NCBI GenBank assembly: GCA_016202605.1
Contig: JACQOJ010000065.1
Location: 19,907-83,906 of the forward strand
Reading direction: 5' to 3'
From: Betaproteobacteria bacterium
GTDB taxonomy: Bacteria; Pseudomonadota; Gammaproteobacteria; Burkholderiales; SG8-41
Length of the DNA stretch: 64,000 bases
Position 1 is the first letter of the stretch. The number at the start of each line of letters is the position of its first letter. Below, piece by piece: positions 1 through 14,692 of this stretch. The position numbers and the translations under genes were made by a program. The notes beneath the pieces were generated by a model that saw nothing but the letters and a program-made list of their open reading frames with translations, did not search any database and had not been told where the DNA came from.

Positions 1-4816
<4,816 letters not shown>

Positions 4817-5926
4817 TCAAATACGCATCGGCATTACGACGTATTTGAATTCAGCAAGATCCGGTAATGTGATGAGCATGCTGCTGTTGGCGTCACCAAA
4901 TAGGCACTCCACCTTTTCCCCCTGGACATTGGTTAACACGTCCAGGAGATAGGTGATATTGAACCCTACATCCAGCGGCTGGCCATTGTAGGTCACGTCC
5001 AGTTCCTCCAGTGCTTCCTCCTGCTCGTTGTTGGTACAGGAAATCCGGAGACTGTTTTCGGTAAGCATCCAGCGGACGCCGCGGAACTTCTCGTTGGAGA
5101 GAATCGCGGCTCGTTGTAGTGCCTGGAGTAATTCCAGGCGGTCTATCATCACGCACCGTGAGTAGTTCGTCGGGATAACGCGGGTGTAGTCCGGAAACTT
5201 TCCATCGATGATTTTCGTGATAAGTTCAATTGTCGAAAAGCGGAATTTTACCTGCGCAGCATACACTTCAATGTCCAGCGGCTCGTCGGCATCCGCGAGA
5301 AGCTTCGTAAGCTCGTGGATCGCCTTGCGAGGCAGGATGATTTCTTTTTTCTCGGGCGGTCCGGCAATTACGCCTGCTGCATAGCTCAGTCGGTGCCCAT
5401 CGGTGGCGACCATCTTGATCTTCTCTCCCTCGACTACCAGCAGCAAGCCATTGAGGTAATACCGTATGTCCTGTTGCGCCATGGCGAATTGGACCAGGAG
5501 CAACCACTCGCGGAACTCTTTTTGCGTAACGCGCAGGCTCACCTGTAGCGCGCCCGGGTCCGCAAGAGTTGGAAAATCTGCTGCCGGCAGTGTCTGCAGA
5601 TTGAACCGGCTTTTCCCTGCCCGCACCTGGAGGCGATTGTTCTGGATATCGAGAACGGCTTCCTCTTTTTCCGGCAGCGCGCGGAGAATATCCTGCAGCT
5701 TACGCGCTGACACGGTAAGGCTCATCTCCTGGCCTGCATGCTCTTGATCTTCCCAGACTGTCGATGCTTGAATTTCCAGGTCTGTCGCAACAAACCAGAA
5801 TCGTTCCTGCTGTCGGCGAATGAGCACGTTTGAAAGAATCGGAAGAGTATGCCGTTTCTCTACGATTCCCGTTACCGCCTGGAGAGGTTTAAGTAGAGCG
5901 TCGCGCTGTGCCTGGAGAAGCTTCAT
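4817..5926 (-). CDS. dnaN: DNA polymerase III beta sliding clamp
   Basis: 369-aa ORF immediately downstream of dnaA. It has clamp length and ends ..KYVVMPMRI, like the E. coli DnaN C-terminus. Confidence 0.95.
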   Translation of the reverse strand: MKLLQAQRDALLKPLQAVTGIVEKRHTLPILSNVLIRRQQERFWFVATDLEIQASTVWEDQEHAGQEMSLTVSARKLQDILRALPEKEEAVLDIQNNRLQVRAGKSRFNLQTLPAADFPTLADPGALQVSLRVTQKEFREWLLLVQFAMAQQDIRYYLNGLLLVVEGEKIKMVATDGHRLSYAAGVIAGPPEKKEIILPRKAIHELTKLLADADEPLDIEVYAAQVKFRFSTIELITKIIDGKFPDYTRVIPTNYSRCVMIDRLELLQALQRAAILSNEKFRGVRWMLTENSLRISCTNNEQEEALEELDVTYNGQPLDVGFNITYLLDVLTNVQGEKVECLFGDANSSMLITLPDLAEFKYVVMPMRI

Positions 5927-5984
5927 AGGAAATAATTCTAGATAATAAGTCTAATAATGGCTGCAGAAGCGGTGATCAAGTGTA

Positions 5985-5999
5985 ATCTTTCTGAAAGAT
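5985..5999. repeat. perfect 7-1-7 palindrome ATCTTTCTGAAAGAT in the dnaA-dnaN spacer
   Basis: Read directly: ATCTTTC-T-GAAAGAT. GATC sites lie at 5973-5976 and 5997-6000, and an AT-rich run (5928-5960) abuts the dnaN start. Confidence 0.9.
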
Positions 6000-6117
6000 C
6001 ATGGCTGTAACGTCGCGAAAGCTTGTGCAAAGAACCATGATAGCTTGTTGATGTTATGTGAAGGGAATTCCTGTTTTCCCCGGGAGGCAAAGATATGCAC
6101 AAAGAGTTCCCGAAAAA

Positions 6118-7458
6118 TCAACTGCGCAGGACCTTCAACAGAGAATTAACATCACGGATGATGTCGCTGTTCGTGGTTCGGAGGAGAGCAACCTTTCTAC
6201 AAGCGTGTAATACAGTTGTGTGATCGCGCCCGCCGAATGCTTCACCAATGTCCGGAAGGCTGAGTTGCGTGAGCTCCTTGGCAAGCGCCATGGCGATCTG
6301 CCGGGGACGCGCAACGTTGCGGCTGCGCTTCTTGGAATACATCTCCGAAACCTTTATCTTGTAATAATCGGCGACGGTGCGCTGGATGTTCTCGATTGAA
6401 ACTTGGCGACTCTGTATGGCGAGCAGATCGCGAAGGGCATCACGGCAGAGATCAACGGAGAGCTCTTGAGCAGAGAAGCGCGCATAGGCGAGAACTCGTT
6501 TGAGTCCTCCTTCGAGCTCCCGGACATTTGACTGGATATGCTTGGCTAGGAAGAAGGCAACGGTTTCATCTAAGGTGATACCTTCTATCTCGGCCTTCTT
6601 GATCAGAATAGCCACGCGCATTTCAAGTTCCGGCGGGTCGACGGCGACAGTGAGGCCCCAGCCGAAACGTGATATGAGTCTGCTCTCGATGCCGGAGATT
6701 TCCTTCGGGTAGGTATCGCAAGTAATTACGAGCTGCTTGTGAGACTCGATAAGAGCGTTGAACGCATAGAAAAACTCTTCTTGAGTACGACTTTTCCCGC
6801 TGAAAAACTGGATATCATCAATCAGGAGAAGATCCAAGGAGTGGTAGTAGCGCTTGAAATCATCGAATGCTTTGTGCTGGTAGGCACGGACTACATCAGA
6901 AACGTACTGCTCTGCGTGGATGTACCGGATCTTGCTCTCCGGAGCGCGTGCGTGAACGGCGTTGCCGACGGCTTGGATAAGATGTGTTTTTCCCAGCCCG
7001 ACACCGCCATATACAAAGAGCGGATTGTAGGCAGTACCGAGCCGCTCTGCCACCTGCGTTGCCGCAGCGCGAGCAAGCTCGTTGGCCTTACCGGTTACAA
7101 AGGTATCGAACGTAAAAGCCGGGTTGAGACGAGAGATATCCCGGTGGCTCGGCCTTGATGGCGGCGCGTGTCCATCGAGGCTTGCCTCCATAGGGGCTGT
7201 AGCCGGAGGGGTGCTGACGGCCTTCGGGGAAAGCAAAAGCCTAACCTCAACGGGTTCCTGAAAACGCGCGGCAGCGAGTTCCTGGACCTTGGAGAGGAAA
7301 CGATCGCGGATCCATTGCAGGACGAACCTGTTAGGTGCAATGAGCGTGAGGACATTACCCTCCGCATGAAACTTCAGGGGTTTGATCCAGGTCTGAAACT
7401 GCTGGGCAGGAAGTTCCTTCTCGAAATGGGAAAGACAGTAACGCCAGAAGCTGTTCAT
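6118..7458 (-). CDS. dnaA: chromosomal replication initiator DnaA
   Basis: 446-aa ORF with Walker [11 protein letters not shown] and LLIDDIQFF. The C-terminal DNA-binding helix-turn-helix region reads ..[16 protein letters not shown]. Confidence 0.97.
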   Translation of the reverse strand: MNSFWRYCLSHFEKELPAQQFQTWIKPLKFHAEGNVLTLIAPNRFVLQWIRDRFLSKVQELAAARFQEPVEVRLLLSPKAVSTPPATAPMEASLDGHAPPSRPSHRDISRLNPAFTFDTFVTGKANELARAAATQVAERLGTAYNPLFVYGGVGLGKTHLIQAVGNAVHARAPESKIRYIHAEQYVSDVVRAYQHKAFDDFKRYYHSLDLLLIDDIQFFSGKSRTQEEFFYAFNALIESHKQLVITCDTYPKEISGIESRLISRFGWGLTVAVDPPELEMRVAILIKKAEIEGITLDETVAFFLAKHIQSNVRELEGGLKRVLAYARFSAQELSVDLCRDALRDLLAIQSRQVSIENIQRTVADYYKIKVSEMYSKKRSRNVARPRQIAMALAKELTQLSLPDIGEAFGGRDHTTVLHACRKVALLRTTNSDIIRDVNSLLKVLRS

Positions 7459-7539
7459 CGTGAACGGTGTAGGGGTTATTGTTCGCTCAAGCAGGAGAAA
7501 GCCGGTGCTGCAGAAGAATTTTAGCCGCTTTGGACAAGG

Positions 7540-7548
7540 TTATCCACA
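7540..7548 (+). promoter_or_regulatory. perfect DnaA box TTATCCACA in the dnaA/rpmH divergent spacer
   Basis: Exact 9-mer match to the consensus DnaA box, about 80 bp upstream of the dnaA start. A possible TAAAAT -10 on the minus strand lies just downstream of it. The placement is consistent with dnaA autoregulation. Confidence 0.7.
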
Positions 7549-7592
7549 AGTTCGGACTGTCGTACCGACAAGGCGCCCGAGCGCTCGATGAT

Positions 7593-7622
7593 TTGACACA
7601 CGAAGGGGAAAGAGGTTGTAAT
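7593..7622 (+). promoter_or_regulatory. putative sigma70 promoter of rpmH-rnpA-yidC
   Basis: TTGACA (7593-7598), an 18-nt spacer, then TGTAAT (7617-7622), about 30 nt upstream of the rpmH ATG. Confidence 0.5.
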
Positions 7623-7652
7623 AGCCAGTTTTATTCCCATCCAGAAGCCAAA

Positions 7653-7796
7653 ATGAAGCGAACCTACCAACCTTCCAAGACGCGCCGTCGGCGCACGCAC
7701 GGTTTTCGCGCGCGCATGAAAACACGTGGCGGGCGGAGCGTAATCCGCGCCCGGCGGGCAAAGGGCCGCGCCCGGCTCGGGGTTCAAACGGCGTAG
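7653..7796 (+). CDS. rpmH: 50S ribosomal protein L34
   Basis: Internal ATG of ORF 7479..7796 gives [44 protein letters not shown].., the canonical L34 sequence. Confidence 0.95.
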   Translation: MKRTYQPSKTRRRRTHGFRARMKTRGGRSVIRARRAKGRARLGVQTA

Positions 7797-7832
7797 AGGG
7801 GCTCGTCTCAACTGGCTCGCCAGTCTAACCGC

Positions 7833-8207
7833 TTGCGTCTACGGCGACGCGAGGAATTTGAGGCCGCGCTCCGTCACGGGCGGGTTGAGAACGGCGTTCT
7901 TTTTGTGATGCGCGCCCTCGCCCGCGCGCCCTCGCCCGCGCGACTGGGGATTATTGCCGGGCGCAGGGCGATCCAGCGGGCAGTGGACAGAAATCAGTGT
8001 AAGCGGCTCGTGCGTGCGGAGTTCCGGGCGTGGGTTCCCCGTCTTGCTGGTCTAGATGTTGTGGTCTTATGCAAGCACCCGATATCAAGAACCCATCGCA
8101 AGGCGGCCCGGCAGGAGCTCGCAAGGCTCTTCGGACGCATCGCTGGCTTTGGCGAGGCCCCAGCAGCGATAAAGCGCGGCCGGCCGGCTGGCAGCAATGA
8201 CAGGTAG
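7833..8207 (+). CDS. rnpA: ribonuclease P protein component
   Basis: 124-aa basic protein directly after rpmH with a TTG start. It carries the RnpA pattern ..EEFEAAL..ARLGIIAGRRAIQRAVDRNQCKRLVRAEFR. Confidence 0.85.
   Translation: MRLRRREEFEAALRHGRVENGVLFVMRALARAPSPARLGIIAGRRAIQRAVDRNQCKRLVRAEFRAWVPRLAGLDVVVLCKHPISRTHRKAARQELARLFGRIAGFGEAPAAIKRGRPAGSNDR
7911..7938 (+). repeat. perfect 14-bp tandem duplication (CGCGCCCTCGCCCG x2, plus CGCG) inside rnpA
   Basis: Read directly from the sequence. The unit length is not a multiple of 3, yet the reading frame is intact across both copies (..RALARAPSPAR..). Confidence 0.9.
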
Positions 8208-8212
8208 CATCG

Positions 8213-9862
8213 ATGGATTCACAACGGCTAGTCCTTTTCTTTGTCTTCGCGTTTTCCGTTTTCTTGCTGCTCGATGCCTGGCAGCGGGACCAGCGGTCCC
8301 CGCCCCCGCCAAGCGTGCAGCCGGCATCGAAAGCCGAACAGCCGGCGCTGCCGAGCCCCGGTGAGAAGCTTCTCGCGAGCCAGGCGGCCAAACCTCCTGA
8401 GGGCAGCGCCGCGCTCGCTGCCGGGGATACAGTCACCGTCGAGACTGATCTTCTGAAAGCCCAGATCAGTTCGGTCGGCGGAGATCTCCGCCAACTGGAG
8501 TTCAAGCGCCACCGCGACACCGAAGACAAGACAAAGCCTTTCGTGTTGTTCCAGAACCGCGCCGACCATGTTTATGTGGCGCAGTCCGGACTGATTGGAA
8601 ACGCCTTTCCCAATCATCGCACGACCTACAATGCGCGCGCGGGGGGGTACAGGCTCGCCGACGGAGCAACAGTCTTAGAGGTGCAGTTCGAGGCGCAGGA
8701 GGCGGATGGAGTCAAGGTCACGAAGCTCTACCGATTCCATCGCGGGAGCTACCTGATCGACGTTTCCTATGAGATCAGGAATGGCAGCGCAGCGCCGGTG
8801 CGCCCGTTTGGGTACTTTCAGTTGTTGCGTGACAGCAAGCCGCCGGTCGGCGATTCCGCGATGCTGCCCACTTATACGGGGGCGGCAATCTACACTGACA
8901 AGGAGAAATTTCAGAAGATCGCGTTCGCCGATATCGATAAAGGCAAAGCCACGTACCCCAAGAACAGCAGCGATGGCTGGATCGCGATGCTGCAACACTA
9001 TTTTCTGAGCGCCTGGCTGCCCAGCAGCGGGGCAGATCGGGAGTTTTACGTGCGGCGACTGGACGGAGGTTTATATGCGGCGGGGGTGATCGTCCCCGCG
9101 GGGACGATAGAGCCGGGGACCAGCAGCGCGCTGACCGTCCCGCTCTACGCCGGGCCGCAAGAGCAGGACAAGCTCGACAAACTGGCTCCGGGACTCGACC
9201 TCACTGTTGATTACGGGTGGTTGACGGTGATTGCCGTGCCGCTGTTCTGGGTCCTTGCTTGGCTCAACCAGTGGGTGGGAAACTGGGGATTCGCGATCAT
9301 AGTGCTTACCATCATCATAAAGCTCCTGTTCTATCCGCTCTCGGAAGCAAGCTATCGCTCGATGGCGAAGATGCGGGTGCTGGCACCCAAGCTGCAAAGG
9401 CTCAAGGAACAGTACGGCAGCGACCGGCAGCGCATGCAGCAAGCGATGATGGAGCTTTACAAGACGGAGAAAATCAATCCGCTGGGAGGTTGTCTGCCGA
9501 TACTGGTCCAGATACCGGTCTTCATCGCGCTGTACTGGGTGCTTCTCGCGAGCGTAGAGTTGCGGCACGCCCCGTTCATGTTGTGGATCGATGATCTTTC
9601 CACGCCGGACCCATGGTTCGTTTTGCCGATTCTCATGGGCGCGACCATGATCATCCAGACCAAACTCAATCCGGAGCCGCCCGACCCGGTGCAAGCGAAG
9701 GTGATGAAGATCATGCCTGTCGCTTTCAGCGTTTTCTTCTTTTTCTTTCCCGCAGGCCTCGTGCTTTATTGGCTGGTGAACAACGTCCTGTCGATCGCCC
9801 AGCAGTGGCACATCAACCGAGTGCTTGAGCGAGCAAATCTCAAGCCGTCGGGCAAAGAGTAG
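8213..9862 (+). CDS. yidC: membrane protein insertase YidC
   Basis: 549-aa ORF with an N-terminal TM segment, a large periplasmic domain and a C-terminal 60-kDa-IMP core (..PLSEASYRSMAKMRVLAPKLQRLKEQY..GGCLPILVQIPVFIALY..). It has the conserved position after rnpA. Confidence 0.95.
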   Translation: MDSQRLVLFFVFAFSVFLLLDAWQRDQRSPPPPSVQPASKAEQPALPSPGEKLLASQAAKPPEGSAALAAGDTVTVETDLLKAQISSVGGDLRQLEFKRHRDTEDKTKPFVLFQNRADHVYVAQSGLIGNAFPNHRTTYNARAGGYRLADGATVLEVQFEAQEADGVKVTKLYRFHRGSYLIDVSYEIRNGSAAPVRPFGYFQLLRDSKPPVGDSAMLPTYTGAAIYTDKEKFQKIAFADIDKGKATYPKNSSDGWIAMLQHYFLSAWLPSSGADREFYVRRLDGGLYAAGVIVPAGTIEPGTSSALTVPLYAGPQEQDKLDKLAPGLDLTVDYGWLTVIAVPLFWVLAWLNQWVGNWGFAIIVLTIIIKLLFYPLSEASYRSMAKMRVLAPKLQRLKEQYGSDRQRMQQAMMELYKTEKINPLGGCLPILVQIPVFIALYWVLLASVELRHAPFMLWIDDLSTPDPWFVLPILMGATMIIQTKLNPEPPDPVQAKVMKIMPVAFSVFFFFFPAGLVLYWLVNNVLSIAQQWHINRVLERANLKPSGKE

Positions 9863-9889
9863 GACATCCGCCGGGAGCCGCCCGCGGCC

Positions 9890-11230
9890 ATGCCATCGAG
9901 AGACATTATCGCCGCGCTGGCGACCCCCCCCGGCAGAAGCGGTGTCGGCGTTATCCGGATTTCGGGTCCTGCTCTTGGCGGAATGGCGCGCAGTCTCGTC
10001 GAAAAGCCGCTTCCGCCACGCTGCGCGGTGCTCGCCCAATTTCGCGACGCTCGGGGTGCGGCGATTGACCAGGGGCTCGCGCTCTATTTTCCCGCCCCGC
10101 ATTCTTATACCGGCGAGGACGTGTTGGAGCTTCACGGGCATGGCGGGCCCGTTGTGCTGCGTTTGGTGCTTGAGCGGTGCCTGGATTTGGGCGCTCGCGT
10201 CGCTGAGCCGGGAGAGTTTACCAAAAGAGCATTTCTCAACGGGAAGCTCGATCTCGCGCAAGCGGAAAGCGTGATTGACCTTATCGACGCTGCCACCGCA
10301 CACGCCGCGCGCGGCGCGGTGCGCTCGTTGTGCGGGCTATTTTCAAAAGAAATTCAATGGCTTATATCTGAGCTGATCGATCTTCGTGCGCTCGTCGAAG
10401 CCACGCTTGATTTCCCCGAGGAAGAAATCGATTTCCTGAGACAATCGGACGCGGAAGGACGTTTGCGGAAACTGGAAACCCAGGTCGAAGCGGTCCTCGA
10501 AGCTACGCGGCAAGGAAGCTTGCTGAGGGAGGGCATGCACGTCGTGCTGGCGGGGCAGCCGAACGTGGGCAAGTCCAGCCTCCTCAACCGCTTGACGGGG
10601 GAGGAGCTTGCCATCGTTACGGAAGTGCCCGGGACCACCCGCGACGCCATCCGCCAGGCCATAGACATCGACGGCGTGCCGGCGCATATCATAGATACCG
10701 CAGGCCTGCGCGAGTCGGACGATCCCGTCGAAAAAATAGGCATCTCGCGCACGTGGGACGCAATTGAGAGGGCGGATGTGGTGCTGCTGTTAATTGATGC
10801 CACCATCGGCGAAACCGCAGCCGATCGAGAAATATTGGGCCGGCTGCCAGGGAGGCTGCCCCGCATACGCGTATACAACAAGATCGATCTCCTACCACGT
10901 GCGGCAGCCGTAGATCGGCATCCCGGTGGCGCTGCGGTCTGGTTGTCCGCCAAGACAGGAAAGGGGCTGGAGCTGCTCCGCAGAGAGCTATTGGAGACGG
11001 TAGGATGGCACAGCACCGGGGAAAGCCTCTTCCTTGCACGGGAGCGGCATGTCGAGGCGCTGAGGCGCGCGCAGGAGCACCTGCAAGAGGCATCCTCGCT
11101 CGGTGAGCAATTCGAATTGCTGGCCGAACAATTGCGGCTGGCGCAGGAGGCACTTTCCTGCATCACCGGCGAATTTACCGCGGATGACTTGCTGGGGGAG
11201 ATTTTTTCGCGATTTTGCATCGGGAAGTGA
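9890..11230 (+). CDS. mnmE: tRNA modification GTPase MnmE
   Basis: 446-aa ORF with G1 motif [12 protein letters not shown] and DTAGLR, ending in the hallmark C-terminal ..FCIGK. Confidence 0.95.
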   Translation: MPSRDIIAALATPPGRSGVGVIRISGPALGGMARSLVEKPLPPRCAVLAQFRDARGAAIDQGLALYFPAPHSYTGEDVLELHGHGGPVVLRLVLERCLDLGARVAEPGEFTKRAFLNGKLDLAQAESVIDLIDAATAHAARGAVRSLCGLFSKEIQWLISELIDLRALVEATLDFPEEEIDFLRQSDAEGRLRKLETQVEAVLEATRQGSLLREGMHVVLAGQPNVGKSSLLNRLTGEELAIVTEVPGTTRDAIRQAIDIDGVPAHIIDTAGLRESDDPVEKIGISRTWDAIERADVVLLLIDATIGETAADREILGRLPGRLPRIRVYNKIDLLPRAAAVDRHPGGAAVWLSAKTGKGLELLRRELLETVGWHSTGESLFLARERHVEALRRAQEHLQEASSLGEQFELLAEQLRLAQEALSCITGEFTADDLLGEIFSRFCIGK

Positions 11231-11286
11231 TCGCACCATCCGCGGCCGAGATCACGAGAGGGCGGTTCTGGCGCTCGACAAAGCAA

Positions 11287-11302
11287 GGTTTCACGTGAAA
11301 CC
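11287..11302. promoter_or_regulatory. parS-type centromere site (GGTTTCACGTGAAACC)
   Basis: Perfect 16-bp palindrome. Its central 14 bp equal the core of the parS consensus TGTTNCACGTGAAACA. It is intergenic between mnmE and mnmG, about 2.6 kb upstream of parAB. Confidence 0.8.
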
Positions 11303-11350
11303 TACCTGGTTCGGGCGTGACGGGAGTTCATTTTTGCTTACGGATCCGGT

Positions 11351-13276
11351 ATGATGATGTCCAGCGAGCAGGCACCGATATTGATCCAATACCCTGAAAA
11401 ATTTGACGTAATTGTAGTGGGCGGCGGGCACGCAGGCACCGAGGCCGCGCTCGCAAGCGCCCGCTTGGGCTGCCGTACCTTGCTGTTGACTCACAGTGTC
11501 GAAACGCTCGGCCAGATGTCGTGCAATCCATCGATCGGCGGCATAGGAAAAGGCCATTTAGTCAAAGAGATAGATGCGCTGGACGGGGTTATGGCCACGG
11601 CGGCCGATGAGGCCGGGATCCAGTTCCGTGTTCTCAATTCCCGGAAAGGCCCGGCTGTCCGTGCCTCTCGCGCGCAGGCCGACCGGCTGCTTTATAAGCA
11701 GGCGATTCGCAGCCGGTTGGAAAACCAGCCCAACTTGCGGCTTTTTCAGCAGACGGTTGATGATCTCACCCTTGATGGGGATCGTGTCACCGGCGTGGTG
11801 ACACAGCTCGGGGTCCGTTTCGCAGCCCGTGCCGTAGTGCTCACCACCGGGACTTTCCTGTCCGGGCTGATCCATGTCGGGCTGCGGAATTACGAAGCCG
11901 GGCGCGCCGGCGACCCGTCTGCGGTGAGCCTTGCCCGGCGGTTGCGAGAACTCAATCTGCCCGCGGGGCGGCTGAAGACCGGAACGCCGCCGCGAATTGA
12001 CGGACGCAGCATCGATTTCTCGGTCATGTCTGCTCAGCCGGGCGACGATCCGACGCCGGCATTCTCTTTCTTGGGTAGCCGGGAGCAGCATCCGCCGCAA
12101 GTGCCGTGCTGGATTACCCACACCAACGCGCGCACGCACGACATCGTTCGCAGCGGTCTCGACCGTTCCCCCATGTTCACCGGGGTTATCGAGGGAGTCG
12201 GCCCGCGCTATTGCCCGTCGATCGAGGACAAAATCCACCGCTTCGCCACGAAGCTATCGCACCAGATCTTCCTCGAGCCCGAAGGCCTCACAGTCAACGA
12301 GTATTATCCCAATGGCATATCAACCAGCCTGCCGTTCGACGTGCAGTACGCGCTGGTGCGATCCATCAGGGGGCTTGAAAACGCCTACATCACGCGCCCC
12401 GGGTATGCCATCGAGTACGATTATTTCGATCCGCGCGGGCTCAAAGGCTCGCTCGAAACGAAAGCGGTAACGGGGTTGTTCTTCGCGGGTCAGATTAACG
12501 GCACCACCGGGTACGAGGAGGCCGCGGCGCAGGGATTGCTTGCCGGGGTCAACGCCGCCCTCGCCGTCCGCGAACGCGAGGCGTGGCACCCGCGACGCGA
12601 CCAGGCGTATCTTGGCGTTTTGGTCGACGACTTGATCACGCGCGGCGTGTCGGAGCCTTATCGCATGTTCACGAGCCGGGCGGAGTACCGGCTGAGCCTG
12701 CGCGAGGATAACGCGGATCTGCGGCTCACCGAGACCGGTCGCCGGCTCGGGGTCGTCGGCGATCGGCGGTGGGCCGCATTCTGCAGCAAGCGCGACGCCA
12801 TAGCGCGCGAGCAGGAGCGCCTCAAGTCGACATGGGTCAATCCGAAGCTCCTGCCCCCCGCGGCGGCCGAGCGCGTACTGGGACAGCCGCTGGAGCGCGA
12901 ATACGCGCTTGCGGATCTGCTGCGCCGCCCGGATGTCACGTATGCGGCGCTCATGACGTTGCCCGGCGCGGGACCGGCGGTTGAGGATGCGCGGGTAGCC
13001 GAGCAGGTTGACGTCCAGGCGAAGTACCGGGGCTACATTGAGCGCCAACGCGGGGAAATCGAGCGCAATCAATACTACGAAAACGCCCGGCTGCCGCCCG
13101 ATCTGGACTATACGAAGCTAAACGGGCTCTCGGTCGAAGTACAGCAGAAGCTCAACAAGATCCGGCCCGCGACTATCGGGCAGGCGGCGCGAATTTCGGG
13201 TGTGACGCCCGCGGCAGTTTCGGTGCTGCTGGTTCATTTGAAGCGAGGACTTGCTGAACAGAAGAAAAGCGCATGA
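11351..13276 (+). CDS. mnmG: tRNA uridine 5-carboxymethylaminomethyl modification enzyme MnmG (GidA)
   Basis: 641-aa ORF with FAD-binding N-terminus [16 protein letters not shown] and high similarity to GidA throughout. The true start may be one of the three consecutive ATGs. Confidence 0.96.
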   Translation: MMMSSEQAPILIQYPEKFDVIVVGGGHAGTEAALASARLGCRTLLLTHSVETLGQMSCNPSIGGIGKGHLVKEIDALDGVMATAADEAGIQFRVLNSRKGPAVRASRAQADRLLYKQAIRSRLENQPNLRLFQQTVDDLTLDGDRVTGVVTQLGVRFAARAVVLTTGTFLSGLIHVGLRNYEAGRAGDPSAVSLARRLRELNLPAGRLKTGTPPRIDGRSIDFSVMSAQPGDDPTPAFSFLGSREQHPPQVPCWITHTNARTHDIVRSGLDRSPMFTGVIEGVGPRYCPSIEDKIHRFATKLSHQIFLEPEGLTVNEYYPNGISTSLPFDVQYALVRSIRGLENAYITRPGYAIEYDYFDPRGLKGSLETKAVTGLFFAGQINGTTGYEEAAAQGLLAGVNAALAVREREAWHPRRDQAYLGVLVDDLITRGVSEPYRMFTSRAEYRLSLREDNADLRLTETGRRLGVVGDRRWAAFCSKRDAIAREQERLKSTWVNPKLLPPAAAERVLGQPLEREYALADLLRRPDVTYAALMTLPGAGPAVEDARVAEQVDVQAKYRGYIERQRGEIERNQYYENARLPPDLDYTKLNGLSVEVQQKLNKIRPATIGQAARISGVTPAAVSVLLVHLKRGLAEQKKSA

Positions 13277-13896
13277 GCCTTGCCGCGAAGCTCGCGCAGG
13301 GCTCGACCGAGTTGGGCCTCAACCTGCCCCGGGAGGCGATGCAACGACTCATCGATTACGTAGCGCTGCTGCAGAAATGGAACAGGGCCTACAACCTGAC
13401 TGCGGTGCGCGAAACGCCGCGCATGGTGAGCCATCACCTGCTCGACTGTCTTGCGATAATTCCATACGTCGGGGCGAAGACCATAGTCGATGTCGGCAGC
13501 GGCGCCGGGCTGCCGGGCATTCCGCTCGCGATCGCGCTGCCACAGGCGCAGGTGACGCTGGTTGACAGTGCACACAAAAAGGCGGCATTCCTCAAGCAGG
13601 CTGTCATCGAACTCCATCTGAAAAATGCCGACGTGGTATGCGAGCGCGTCGAACGATGGACGCCCCCGAAGCGATTCGACGTGGTTGTCTCCCGTGCTTT
13701 GTCTGACTTGGCGGAGTTTGTCGCGCTTGGCGCCAGACTGTGCAAGGCGGACGGGGTGATGGCGGCGATGAAGGGGGTCTACCCCCATGAGGAGCTTGCG
13801 CTCCTCCCGCAGGGGTTCGCGGTGCAGCGGATTATCCCGCTCAAGGTACCGGGTGTGCGAGCCGAACGACATCTGGTCCTGGTCCGGCCCGCCTGA
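13273..13896 (+). CDS. rsmG: 16S rRNA (guanine527-N7)-methyltransferase RsmG (GidB)
   Basis: 207-aa ORF whose start overlaps the mnmG stop (ATGA). SAM motif [16 protein letters not shown] is present. It has the conserved position between mnmG and parA. Confidence 0.93.
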   Translation: MSLAAKLAQGSTELGLNLPREAMQRLIDYVALLQKWNRAYNLTAVRETPRMVSHHLLDCLAIIPYVGAKTIVDVGSGAGLPGIPLAIALPQAQVTLVDSAHKKAAFLKQAVIELHLKNADVVCERVERWTPPKRFDVVVSRALSDLAEFVALGARLCKADGVMAAMKGVYPHEELALLPQGFAVQRIIPLKVPGVRAERHLVLVRPA

Positions 13897-13905
13897 GAGC
13901 GACCG

Positions 13906-14679
13906 GTGGCGAAGATCCTGGCGATAACCAACCAGAAGGGCGGTGTCGGCAAGACTACGACGGGAGTGAACCTCGCCGCCAGCCTGGCGACGGCGCATCA
14001 GCGCGTGTTGCTGGTCGATCTCGATCCGCAGGGCAACGCGACGATGGGCAGCGGTGTTGACAAACGCAATCTCGCCGCGACGATCTATCAAGTGCTGCTC
14101 GGAGTACGCGCGATCACGGAGGTGCGTGCGCGCTCGGCGAACGGCGATTACGATCTCATTCCGGCCAATCGCGAGCTGGCCGGCGCGGAGGTCGAGATGG
14201 TCGAGATGGAGCGGCGCGAAGCGAGGCTCCGGGAAGCGCTCGCGCAGGTTGAAGGCGCCTACGAATTCATCCTCATCGATTGCCCTCCGGCGCTCAATCT
14301 GCTGACCGTGAATGCGCTCGCGGCCGCGCAGGCGGTCATGATCCCGATGCAATGCGAGTACTATGCGCTCGAAGGTTTGAGCGACTTGGTCGCGACAATC
14401 AGAAAAGTGCGCCAGCACCTCAATCCCGAACTGCAGATCGAGGGACTGCTGAGAACCATGTACGACGCGCGCAATACGCTTGCACAGCAGGTCTCCGCGC
14501 AGCTCATCGAGCACTTCGGCGACCGGGTCTACCGCACGGTGATACCGCGCAACGTGCGCCTTGCGGAAGCCCCGAGCTTTGGAGTCCCCGGCCTGAAATT
14601 TGACAAGAACTCCAAAGGCGCGCAGGCGTACTTGGCGCTCGCCGGGGAAATCCTCAACCGCCGCGCGCAGACCGCGTAG
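13906..14679 (+). CDS. parA: chromosome partitioning ATPase ParA (Soj)
   Basis: 257-aa ORF with a GTG start and the deviant Walker A NQKGGVGKTTT. It has the ParA/Soj fold pattern. Confidence 0.95.
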   Translation: MAKILAITNQKGGVGKTTTGVNLAASLATAHQRVLLVDLDPQGNATMGSGVDKRNLAATIYQVLLGVRAITEVRARSANGDYDLIPANRELAGAEVEMVEMERREARLREALAQVEGAYEFILIDCPPALNLLTVNALAAAQAVMIPMQCEYYALEGLSDLVATIRKVRQHLNPELQIEGLLRTMYDARNTLAQQVSAQLIEHFGDRVYRTVIPRNVRLAEAPSFGVPGLKFDKNSKGAQAYLALAGEILNRRAQTA

Positions 14680-14692
14680 GGAAGGCACAGCG

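Noticed and set aside
14600-14692. N-terminal extensions in the ORF track, for parB and nine other genes
   Set aside because: The other cases are atpB 15997, atpC 22154, glpD 22682, dgt 42797, pilQ 46483, pilO 47649, pilN 48214, 51636 and gloA 58138. In each case the extension overlaps the upstream gene or adds non-conserved Arg/Pro-rich residues. An internal ATG gives the conserved family N-terminus, often with a start/stop ATGA overlap or a visible RBS.
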